Positions 1-11,942 of a stretch of DNA of 64,000 bases are shown here, in pieces. Source of the stretch: Octopus vulgaris (taxonomy: Eukaryota); NCBI GenBank assembly GCA_951406725.2, contig OX597828.1, positions 3,844,001 to 3,908,000 of the forward strand. The letters are read 5' to 3'. A program made the translations under genes and the position numbers. Under the pieces are notes generated by a model. It was given only the letters and a program-made list of their open reading frames with translations, made no database searches and had not been told where the DNA came from. Position 1 is the first letter of the stretch, and each line of letters begins with the position of its first letter.

Positions 1-3000
1 TCGATTTTCTCTATGCTTTCTGAAACTCCTGAAAATATCTGAATCTTAAAATTAAGGCCCACTTAATCTGGGAAGAACACTGACGCACGACATATGAATA
101 TAAAATCAATGATAGTCATAATTGCATTGTGTTTAGTCGTTTTTGCGCAGTCAGTTTTGAGAGTGGTGCTAAAGAAGAGCAACCAGGAAAGAAATGCTAA
201 CCATTAGCTTTTGGATGATGACACAAACAATAATTGGCATAGTTTAAACGATATCAACGTATCTAGCACTCTACAATAATGATATAGGAAAAGTAGAGCG
301 TTAATAATGATATAGAAACCCTTGACACATTTAAAATTTTCGAAAATATATCCTCTACATCCTATTAAATAAAGCTTTACACACACTTAGATAATCCATA
401 AACATGCTTTGGAAAATGTCAATATCTAAATATAAATATGAGAAAATTAGTCGATACATAAATGTACTTACAGTTATATCAAATCATGGAAATATTTCGA
501 CCGATATAGAAATACAACGAACAAAAAGACCTATACACTGAATGTATCCCTCCCCCGAAGACAGCAGAACAGTAATAACAAACTGAAGATATGTCAGTTT
601 TCACTTTCAGCAAAAATTTCCTTTCTACTTAGCTATTCTATAAGTTATTCAACAACGTCATTTATGAACACATATTCTTCTCTGATAAAAACAAGATTGT
701 CCGAATGCTAAGACACTCTTTCCCCGCAGGCAATCGAATCTTTCTTGTCTGGGCTTCACCGTTCTTAAATATGCCCATTAGTTCGTATTCATGCATATAC
801 GACAGTTTTCAAGAATAGTTCAATCGCTTCAATTCATTTACAGATATCAACACAAAAGTACTTTTCGCTTCAATATAATGGTAATTTTTCTCCTTTTCAT
901 TCAAGTTGTTACTTTCTAACATTACATGCATTCAGTAGTAGTGGAAACTATTTTTCAGCCTCTCATATTCACTGTCAGATTTTCTGAGAATGCAAATCTT
1001 CTTTCTTTCTTTCCTCGTTTTTTCTTTCTTTCTCTCTTTTTTCTATCTCAAGTTCTTTCTTTCTTTAGCGTTTCTTTCACTTTTGTTATAACTCATTCCA
1101 TCCCCTTCATTCACCAGCTGTTTTCTTTTTGCTTTTTTTTATCTTCTTAGAATTTATTTTTAAAACTCGAGCAATTATTCACCTTCACCACTGCTGAGAA
1201 TGAAACTGTCTTCTTCATTTTAATTTTCTCCATTAATGATCAAAACCTTTCCATGCGATTCCGATAGATTCTTCATTAATGTCAAGGAAATTACATTTCA
1301 TTGCCAACACATACATCTTCCTTCTCTCTCCGCTGTACACCACTTACGTTAGCTATTTCTGACATTACCATAATCCATCGTTCACAAGACATAATTGTGA
1401 CATTGAAAATAAGAGATATGGAAGATAAGAAAAAATAACAACAAGCTGCATAAAATGAAAGATAAAATGAAAATACTATTTTAATAGTTGAGTCAATAAT
1501 ACTAACTTTCATAGCACAATTTTCCAATACATTTTCTTATATATTTTTTTTACTCTTTTTTTATCCATGTCAATCTCCAAGGTGCTGTGCAATTTTAAAT
1601 ATGCAAAGAGTAACAAAAATATGTGTAATTCACTATGTAAATAAACACACTCAAACTCAAAGCACACACGAGTATGCACAAATAAGCGTGTGTGTGTTTC
1701 TGAATACGTGTGCGTATGTTTATGAATGTGTGTGTAAATATAGCTGTCTCGTTTTATCTGCAAATGTTTGTATGTGTGTCTGTTTATATTTGCACACCGT
1801 TCATATGGGGGAAAATACTGTCTAGTATCCTATTGATAAACCCACTTAAACCATTTATAAACGTGTAATATAAAACGAATTAATATCTATAGACAATTAT
1901 TCTCAAAGATTTATGGCCATTTATATTAACGTCTCTTTATGTAGAAGGGCTAGTGGTGACGGCGGCGACATATATATGTCTGAAGCAATCAAATAGAAAG
2001 GATTTCCATTTAGAGAAAAGGATTGGAAAATGTCTTCTGAATTGGAAAATTTCAGATAAAGTGTAAAACAAAATGAATAGTCTGTGTTGCCGGTTTATTT
2101 AAATAATTCACTATTTAAATGTCTCTTTGCATGGTGACAGCTATATAGTTCACATGCATCAATGTTCTCTGTATCTTTTCTTGGAGAACACTGAATGGCA
2201 GCAAGAAGTAAATAAATCAAATATGACAATTTTATTAAATGCCAAATAATTATACCTACATATTACATTTACATAGTAATAGCCACATATATAAGCGCCA
2301 CACAAGAACGGTCCCGCTCACACAGACACTACACACACACGCGGATACATGCGCACACACACGGACACACACACACACACATACGGACACACGCGCAAAC
2401 ACACAGATATACACACACACTTCTTTCGAATGCGAGCGTGCACACGCATGCACATCCACAGTCACGCACATATTGTCATAAAGGAAATGGCACAAAAGTG
2501 CAACATAAATGCGGATAGAAAAACCGAGGAATTTTTTTGCGGTCTCTTATCCGAAATAAGAACTGTGTAGCCTCGACCCCAAGGCTATTACTGACTGTAC
2601 TAATTGTAGAAAAACTTGCACATCACCATTCGATTCTGTTTGCAAGGTTCAATGATGTGACAAATCCGAACAGAGAAAGTGTTGTTAATTAATCTTTGAT
2701 GGGTGAGAGACGGTAGCAGAGACGAAACAAAGTAAAGATATATATGAAATGGTTAAATGAGTACAGACGAAAATTGAGAAATCACAAGGAACACGAAAGT
2801 GCATGGCTAAGCCTTGGGGAAAAGGTCAGAAAACAAGAGAGAAATTCTATGCCATTTTGAGGCACGATTTTGAAGGAATGTATGCTTCCATGCGAGTAAC
2901 CATTTACCGCCAATCTTGTGACAGGCGTTATAATGAGAATGAAGTTCGTGATACTTCAACGTAGAACAGGACTTTTCAGAATAAAATGCTTCAATATTCT

Positions 3001-3117
3001 ATGGGATGCAGAGCTGAAGAGGATTCTGAGGGACGGTGAATCTCGTAACAAATAAAGGTATAAATAATAGTCTGCAATCATAGGGTTGAAAACCCCTTGA
3101 CTCGAAAGTGTCGAAGG

Positions 3118-3185
3118 CTGTCCGTGGACTCGAACCCACATCTCCTGTAAACAGGGCAGTCTTTGTACCATCGGCCCGAAGCGAT
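3118..3185 (-). repeat. tRNA-like head, probably a SINE remnant or tRNA pseudogene
   Basis: Minus strand reads gggccgatgg (A-box-like) ... cctgtttacagg (short stem) ... GGTTCGAGTCC (B-box, 3126-3136). No complete cloverleaf. Confidence 0.45.
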
Positions 3186-3327
3186 GATCTGAATTCTCCT
3201 AACCATTTTAGAAGGTATATTTTTATCAACAAGAATTGGATATATTTGAAGCCACAAGAATTTAGAATCATCGTGAATGTGAAATAATTCATTTTAAGAG
3301 CACTATTTAGGTTTTCGTTTTGCCTTT

Positions 3328-3405
3328 ATGGTACCGGGTTCAGTCCCATTCCGTGGTTACCTTGCTCTAGTGTCTTCTACTAGTGTCTTCTACTATTTTC
3401 CTCGG
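3328..3405 (+). mobile_element. Fragment of SINE family B (same family as 11667 and 53492)
   Basis: ggttcagtccc B-box plus agtgtcttctacta (duplicated here), shared with the other two copies. Confidence 0.6.
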
Positions 3406-4727
3406 ATCTCTTATTTCTGTTAAAGTTTTATTATTCTAACTACTAATTTTGGAATGTCTTATTTTCTCAGCTTTGCATTTCTTCACAGTTTACCTGTATT
3501 TGTTCGTTTTCTTTAAGCTCTCGAAGTTATTCTGTTCTCCGGTGATCCTTGATCCTTGATCGATTCTACATATCCCTTTTCAACAGCTGATAAACAGCTG
3601 GTGGGGAAACTTTCGTTTTATATAATTTCCTACTTTTCTAAATGTTTTCGTTGTCAGTATTTAGTCTCTTTCCATCAAAGAGAAAAAGCTACTTTAAGTT
3701 CCTTGCAGATACCTGTTGATTATACTCAATTATACTCACAGCGAGTGAAATTCTTGTGTTTTCTTGAAAAATCTTTTGGTTGAAAACCAGTAGAGCAAGT
3801 TACATAGTGCGAGAAACAGTGAAAAACTGTTATCTGTTATATGTTTTGCGAGAAAAACAATAAAATGTATGAGATGTGATAACATATATATCTACATGTG
3901 TCCCAAATTATTTAACTTATTCTTTTATTTCTTACTGTGCTCTCTTGCACATTAATCATAGCGATCATCGTTGACCTGACGATTGTTGGAGTCCTTATAC
4001 TGAACACAGCTGGAATGCATAGAAACTTATGACAACAATTTCTGCCTATTCTACAAATGTGACTTCTAACATTTCTATGAATTGGGCTCTTTATTATTTG
4101 TTTTAAATTATCCATTTACTAACAGTATCTGTCTCTCTGCCTGTCAGTCTGTCTCTGTCCTATCTTTCTGCCAGTATCTTCATGTTGTACCTCTTTCTAT
4201 CTATCTACGGTCGTATAAAGACAACGGATATGAAACAGAGTAAAATTTCCCCTGTAGTGTCATTTAACAGGGAACGCACACATATGTACGCATAGAGATA
4301 TATAGGCAAATGTGGGACATTTTACAGGAATCAAACTTAAGGACAGCGTGTAGATTCAAGTCATTTCTGATGATAAATTAGCACAATAATTGTAATGAAA
4401 ATTTAAGATAAAATATTACCTTAAATATAATCAATGGCTGAGTGCCAACATTCCCTTAGGGGTCAATATCCTGGTAGGATGAAGGAAAATTATGGAGAAT
4501 TACATCTTGCAGGAAATTAGTGTCTTTATTATTAGGTGACCAGTGGCCGGCGGAAAGTGGTTTGTCAGACGCTTACACTTCCATCATAACAAATACTCTA
4601 GCTTATCGGAAGGAACATTGTAACGTTGTTAGATGCAAATGAATTTTCTTCCATTATGTGCATGACCCCTGTGGGTTCCCATATATCCATATATGTTGTA
4701 AGTATGAGAAAGAAAGATACAGGGAAA

Positions 4728-4738
4728 TACATACATAC

Positions 4739-4770
<32 letters not shown>

Positions 4771-4778
4771 ATACATAC

Positions 4779-4848
<70 letters not shown>
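4728..4848. repeat. (TA)n/(TACA)n compound microsatellite, representative of dozens in the window
   Basis: Directly visible. It explains the YIYI-type ORFs. Confidence 0.95.
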
Positions 4849-4849
<1 letters not shown>

Positions 4850-5141
4850 CATCGGTTTAAAGAGCCATAAAATAGAAAATATGAAAGGAGAATGGTATGA
4901 AAGATATGTGTAACTGATACAAGATAGCAACAGAAGGGAGTAATATTTTCCATTATAATGTGATGAATATGTATCAGTAATAATGATTTATTGCGAGTTA
5001 TAACAGACGCAAAGATCCTAGAAGGAAATCAATAGATGTTCAAAAGAAGGAAAATTATTATTACAATTTTTGAGATATACTAATCTAATGGAAGTCTATC
5101 TCAACAAGATATTATTGAGAATGAAGTGGATATGTTTGGTA

Positions 5142-5223
5142 AAGTCTTTCTCTTTATAAATGTCTTGAAAATTCCACACAGCATTGGCTTTTTCTTGTCT
5201 CATTTTATTTAACACACACACAT

Positions 5224-5269
<46 letters not shown>

Positions 5270-5298
5270 GTACATACATCTACATATATGTATCTATA

Positions 5299-5346
<48 letters not shown>

Positions 5347-5459
5347 TAGATAGATATATATACATACACAAATATATGTGTGCGTGTGTGCTAAATAAAA
5401 TGAGACAAGAAAAAGCCAAGACCGTGGAATTTTCAGGACATTTATAACGAGAAAGACTT
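5142..5459. repeat. Inverted repeat (~75 bp arms, 5142-5218 and 5384-5459) around a (CA)/(TA)/(TAGA) microsatellite
   Basis: aagtctttctctttataaatgtcttgaaaattccac...ttggctttttcttgtctcattttattt matches the reverse complement of aaataaaatgagacaagaaaaagccaag...gtggaattttcaggacatttataacgagaaagactt. Confidence 0.9.
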
Positions 5460-5720
5460 ATAGCTGTTCTGGGATATTAGTGATATCCCTTCATCAGAGA
5501 CGATGTGAGATGGTTAAATAGAGGGAAATATTCGAGTTCAATATGAGGAGTTATTTTAGAAAAGGAAGCAAATAAGGAGTATATGGGGAAATAGGAGAAT
5601 GAATGTAGAGTTAAAAACAAAAATGTATAAAGTTGTTATAATTTCCGTTCTATTATCCAAGGGAAGTGGTGTGTAGAAGTGGTAGAAATGCTTCCAGTTC
5701 GTGGTATGTAACATTCGGTT
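5384..5720 (-). mobile_element. Penelope-like pseudo-LTR fragment, same family as 48760-49080
   Basis: Colinear homology with 48760-49080. Carries a hammerhead motif and ends in a microsatellite. Confidence 0.55.
5457..5501 (-). ncRNA. Degenerate minimal type-I hammerhead ribozyme
   Basis: Minus strand: gtct CTGATGA a gggatat-cacta-atatccc agaa cagcta TA ag. CUGAUGA and stem II are intact; the GAAA box is mutated. Confidence 0.6.
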
Positions 5721-6214
5721 TTATTAGGACAGCAACTAAACAACAGCAATGTAACAAAATGCATCAGGATTCAAACAGGAAAAGAGAGAATCACCTTGCT
5801 TGCCGAAAGTGAACAGTCCATAAAGAAATGGTCAGTGGAGTTTTAACTATGTCCTTACACATATTTAGGTGGGTTTATATTTCCTTTCAAATAGAGGAGA
5901 AATACTCCACATTCGTGCAAAACATTGCGTCTTTATTTAGTTTTTGAGAGATCAATACCAATAATTCTTCGAATCATTGCCGCTCTTATACTAAAAACAG
6001 AACATTCTGATTCATTAGCAAGAGCTAGCTATAAGTATCTCTCGAGTCTTAAATTGTAACTAACGATTTCTATAATGTCATGTATCTATTAAAAATATTA
6101 TCTGCGCAACTAACAACGTCTCATAGATCTCCTCAACGAATCAAATATTCCCTCGTCATGACGTCGTTACTAAATGATGACACTATAAGTATATGTGTGT
6201 GTGTGTGTTGTGTT

Positions 6215-6420
6215 GTGTTATTGAGCAAGACACTTCATTTCACGTTGCTCTGCGATCACTTCGCCATCTCACACAGGGCACCCGTTGCACCTGTACAGGT
6301 AATATCGATTTGATGGAGGAAGTGAGCTTATGTATAAAGCATTTGATCACTATAAACAAATCATCTATGTGGTTATTCGGTAAGAAATTGTCTAGTCCTC
6401 ATACGTCATCTAACGACGGG
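6215..6420 (+). mobile_element. SINE-like fragment
   Basis: ttgagcaagacactt...ttcacgttgctc body motif resembles 56825. Followed by a microsatellite tail. Confidence 0.4.
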
Positions 6421-6436
6421 AGAGTACATCATACAC

Positions 6437-6529
<93 letters not shown>

Positions 6530-7299
6530 AATATATACATACATATATACATGTTAAGCGTCTGGTTTAAAAAAAACACTTGAAAGTATGCCACAGTCAA
6601 GCGAGGTGACTCACAACAGGTCCCTAATCAATGCTGCATACCGAACTAAGGCCTGTTGTAAGCCATATCACCGAATATAACTATATGCTAACTGGTATAG
6701 ACATCATTTACTGGCATTTATCAATGTATCATGCTGCGGAAAAAGTCTGCCTTTTCCAGGAGATGGTGTGACCCAATCTTTTCAGTGATCTTAGTGAGTA
6801 TAACTGTGCATCGCTCATATTTAACGGAAATGTAACAGTGCTCCGTGAAGTGAATAAGGTTTTCAATTTCTTACTCTTGAAGAGAGAAGCTTCTCATATC
6901 CTTAATAAAGGATGCGTTCGAGGCCTCTGTGCATTATATTGATGTGGATTTGGTATTTGGTAGCTAGGCTGCGTGCGGTTGGGTACGTTAGGGGAAGAAT
7001 GAAGCCTAGATTCATTTGTGTAAGATTTGGTGTTGTTGGGTGTAATATGACTCAAGCCTTTCATGCATAGAATGAAGAAAGAGGTGAATGAAACATAAGT
7101 ACGGCATTGAAATAATATTTCGCGGGTAGAGTTGGAGACAACTCCAGTGTAACTGGAGGCCACTATTGCTCGTATCCATGTGAGAGATTAAGTGACAGAG
7201 AGACAAAGAGAGAGAGAGAAAGAGATAGAGAGGGACAGAGAGACAGAGAGAGAAAGAGAGGAATTGATTGAAAAAAGGTAATAATGTTGTGATTTGGTA

Positions 7300-9000
7300 A
7301 GAAAAGCAGTCTTTTTTCTAACAAAGTAGGGAATGATGCAGGTGATGTGTGGTACCATTACGAATGTTCATACTCAAATTACTGAAAATAATAAGAAAAT
7401 ACTTCTCTCAAAAGCAGAAAGGAAAACATTATAATGATATATAAGACATTGAAACTAGAATTAAAGAAGGTGTTAATGCAATGCTATTGCTATCATGAAC
7501 TTAAACCTTTGTAAATGACACGTACCCGAAATGATAGAAGATAATAAATCTGAAATACAATGGAATTACAATCAATGACATATATTTAAAAAAATTCAAC
7601 TGACTTTATTGAATATGTACCAGAAATGTTGCATCAATAGAAGAGTTGACTATATAAGCCACTTCAGTTATAAAACCAGGAATTTCTATGGTCTACACAA
7701 AATGTAGAAAATGACGCTTCTTAATGCTATAAAACCAAAATAACGAAAAGGTGTCTGCAAATATCTTTAAAAAAATAGAATTTTAGAAAATTAAACGAAT
7801 CAATAAAAAAGTCAACGTAAGCAATTGCAAAATATACTTATTGGCGTAAAAATTTATTAATAAATATATAACAGTCTACAGAATGTAGCAGAAAAAATTA
7901 AGGTTGATGCTTGCAGTTAACTGAAGGAGCAAAGGTTAAGGAAGTGTAATTCTGTAAATTATAAAATTTTTCACAATACTAAATTCATCTGATGAAATAA
8001 CACGTGTTATAGTTTTTATATAAAAGGATACATATGCGCATAGTCAACAAAATGAGTGAGCCAAAAGATCAGTCATTTTTTTCATTGATTTCTTTTAATT
8101 ACTTAAAAATTAACGGACAAATTGATATGCTGATATGCAAACGATTGATGCAATAGTGGCACCAAGCGAATTATGAATTGGAGCAGAAAACGTCCGTTAA
8201 TTTAATATGTGCAAAAAGGAACTTAATTTCAAAATATTCCTGGTAGTTGCTCATGTTTGTCAGCAGAATAACAACAAATCACCAAAATAATAAAAAAATA
8301 TCTTGAAGATTTAAAAGCATTGCTTTCAAACGATTTAAAGTCAGTAGAAGAATAGCAATAATATTAAGAAATATGTAATGTTGGTTTACTAGTCCTAAAA
8401 CACTGGTACATTATTGCATATTTTATATAACAATAGAAAACGAAGTCTACATCTACGTATGATGTAGTAGTAGCGCTGAATCAACACAAGTAGATCAGTA
8501 GTCTACAAAAAGTATCTGTAGGAGAAAAACTAGCCTAAGATTAAGAAGAGGAAATGTGCCGGACAACTAGAAGCTATTTTACTTTACTAATGCAAAACTA
8601 TACAAGATATATACATTTATTGATCAGATTCCCAGTAACATAAATATACATTCTCTTATTTTAAACTTGATGATACCATAAAGCGATATGTAAGAAAACT
8701 AAAAATAAAATTTTGAATATTAACACTATAGAAATTGTAAAAAAAAATCTTAGTATTTTACTTTATTTTAATCTTTTCAATAAAATATATTCGCATCACG
8801 TAGATTCGATTGAAAGAGCTGTCACTTCTAAGACAATTCTGTATATGAAACTAAATATATTCAAGAAAATCTTTTATATTATCATCAATACTCTTCTATG
8901 TATATCGGACCATAGCAACACAATATAGAAGTGAATGCGTGTTAATATTGGCAATATAACTACCAAGTAAGTGACAGAAATAATAAAACACTCAAGTATT
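7300..9000 (+). pseudogene. Highly degraded Penelope-like RT/GIY-YIG element
   Basis: FYGLHKM at 7684-7704 (compare Penelope FYGLPKIHK) and YIG near 8902. A-rich, coding-like composition with many stops. Confidence 0.45.
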
Positions 9001-9250
9001 TTAATGCAGACAGAGACCCAGAATGTGTAAAATTCTCTGTTGAGTACCTATTGCAAGAGAAATGCATGAATTTCTCAAATTCTACTTCACCTCTCCAATA
9101 AACATTTCGGAGAGTGTCTTTGACTGACGTCAATAATAATGTCTAAGGGTTGCATACCCCATAATCTCTACTATAATATATCAATACATATGATTGACAG
9201 AGGCTCATGATGAATTATATCTATCTAGGACTCTGGGATTTGAACTTCCA

Positions 9251-9332
<82 letters not shown>

Positions 9333-9352
9333 ATCTCATATATGTATGCATG

Positions 9353-9385
<33 letters not shown>

Positions 9386-9596
9386 ATATATATGTATGTA
9401 TGCACACATACATACACACACATACACACACACATACACACACGCACGCACACACACACACACATACACACACACACACATATATATGTAGATAAAACAT
9501 ACTTGGAAGAGGATGCGTGGTGTTGAATCATATAAAATAAATAATATATAAATGCATATATACACATATATATATGTGCTTACTTACCTCTATACG

Positions 9597-9640
<44 letters not shown>

Positions 9641-9644
<4 letters not shown>

Positions 9645-10275
9645 TATGTCGGAACAGGATGTTGCGAAGCGTGTACAGCAGAAAAGTACGAATCACGAGT
9701 ACATGGAACATGAGCTATTCTTTCGAAAAACGAAAGACACAGATTATAATCAAAACTAACAACATAAAGAACGACACTTCAGCAGTTGTTGGCTGTTTTA
9801 TCTAGTCTTGTATTTCGAGCATTTAACAACAATATGCGCTTTAGATAAAACAGTTGCCCCCCGCAAAGCAAATTAAATAAAATTTGGGATTTTCCGGAGG
9901 GTCAAAATAGGTAATACAAAAAGGACAGTAAAAACAAACAGGAAGAGCTGCTGAGCCTAAACGAGCTGTGGTGGCGAACGCGTAAATCAAGCTGGAACAG
10001 GAGACAAACAAGAACACCTCTTCTTTGTTCCAGCTACAACGGAGAGAAAGAAAGAAATATGGCCGATGGTCACGTGGGAGACACGTGAACTAGGGAGGAG
10101 GAGTAAGGGAGAGAGAGTGACAGAGTAATAGGATAGAATAGTGGTAGAGAAGGAGGTAAAAGAAAAAGAGAGAAAAAAGAGAGAAAAACGAAAGAGTAAA
10201 AAGATCGTATAGACTGCGCATCAGAATTATTAAGATAGAGCTTACTTGGATGAGGATGCGTGGCGTTCAATCATA
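9641..10275 (-). mobile_element. Interspersed repeat, probably Penelope pLTR-derived; partial second copy at 11531-11665
   Basis: 9641-9785 is homologous to 11531-11665. 9490-9533 is directly repeated at 10232-10275. Microsatellites on both sides. Confidence 0.5.
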
Positions 10276-10836
10276 TATATATATATGCGGGCACGCATAT
10301 ATACACACACCATCCTACCCCAAAAAATTCTTTAAACAACACACATCTATTTTCACCACCCTGGAACCATTCAAAAACAGCCCCCACACACACGCAGACG
10401 CTTGTATACGTGTGTGTGCACGCACACAGGGGCACGCACACTCACACCAGTCTCACCTCCATACAGGCACATATATACACACGCAGCACCATGTCAAATG
10501 CCATCCACACTCATGCATGCGTACACACGCACGCACACATGCACACACGCACGCGCACACACACGCACACACAGCACCATGACAACCACACACACTTGAC
10601 AAACAGACGCCATCTGACCAAATACTACAGGCACACAGACACATCTATTCACACACACGCAGAGAGACACACATATTCACCTCATCCTAACCCCAAAATC
10701 ATTGATGCTTGAAGGAAAGCCAAAAAAAAGAAAAGAACGGGACTTCTTTTTCAGTTCTACATTTCTGCTAAAACGGACAGGTCAGTAAACAAGCTCGCCT
10801 TGAATTCATAATATTCTGTACTGACCCGGAGATGTA

Positions 10837-11124
10837 TAATATATTTGTTTTAATCTTTTCTGCCCATTTTTTCAAATATTCTCATCATACTGTTGTACTT
10901 TCTTATGTCCTTAACATGTCCTTGTTACCAAAGACTGTATATATACATGTAATGTGGCAATTTGCAACAACCAATAATTAACGCAACCAAACTTCCAATA
11001 ATATATTTGTTTTATTCTTTTCTGCCCATTTTTTCAAATATTCTCATCACACTGTTGTACTTCTTTATGTCCTTAACATATCCCTGTTACCAAAGACTGT
11101 ATATATACATGTAATGTGGCAATT
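10837..11124 (+). repeat. Tandem duplication of ~126 bp (10837-10962 and 10998-11124)
   Basis: ataatatatttgtttt...ctgcccattttttcaaatattctcatca...ccaaagactgtatatatacatgtaatgtggcaatt occurs twice. Confidence 0.9.
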
Positions 11125-11160
11125 ATGTAAAAAACTTTTTTGAATTCATAATATTCTATG

Positions 11161-11205
11161 TTACTTTTGACAATCTTTTTCCAAAGAGTGAAACCGGTTA
11201 AGTAA
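11161..11205 (+). ncRNA. Candidate minimal hammerhead ribozyme with U3/A8 core
   Basis: ttactt TTGACAA tcttt-ttcc-aaaga gt GAAA ccgg TT aagtaa: 6-bp stem I, 5-bp stem II, palindromic accggt stem III. Confidence 0.5.
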
Positions 11206-11243
11206 ATAAACATCTTTTAAATTGCATTTTCAAACCTTCTTTC

Positions 11244-11313
<70 letters not shown>

Positions 11314-11471
11314 TATATAAATAAATGGCGGTGCCCCAGTATGGCCACATCTTGTGACCTGAAATTAGATAAAATAAAAAATAAAATATATATATATATA
11401 TGCATATATGCATATATGTTCACCCTTACTTCTATACCTATATATATCTATATATGTACACACACACACAC

Positions 11472-11532
<61 letters not shown>

Positions 11533-11666
11533 CATATGTGGGCACAGGACGTCAGGAAACGTGTACAACGAAAAGGTACGAAGCACGAGTACATGGAACT
11601 ATTCTTTCGAACTACGAAAGACACACATGCAAAACAAAACAAACATAAAGAAAACCCTTCATCTTT

Positions 11667-11838
11667 GCAGGAGTGTCTGTGTGGTAAGTAGCTTGCTTCC
11701 CAACCATACGGTTCCAGGTTCAGTCCCACTGCATTGCACCATGGACTAGTGTCTTCTACTATAGCCTCGGGCCGACAAAAGTCCAGTGACTGGTAGCGTA
11801 GATTTGGTAGATGGAAACTGAAAGAAATCGTCGTGTAT
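11667..11838 (+). mobile_element. tRNA-derived SINE family B, near full length
   Basis: A-box-like tgtgtggtaag, B-box ggttcagtccc, body agtgtcttctactatagcc, end gaaactgaaagaaatcgtcg followed by microsatellite. Homologous to 53492-53636. Confidence 0.8.
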
Positions 11839-11844
11839 AGATAA

Positions 11845-11940
<96 letters not shown>

Positions 11941-11942
<2 letters not shown>

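Noticed and set aside
3118-3185. Functional tRNA gene
   Set aside because: Acceptor and anticodon arms are incomplete; only the promoter boxes are recognisable.
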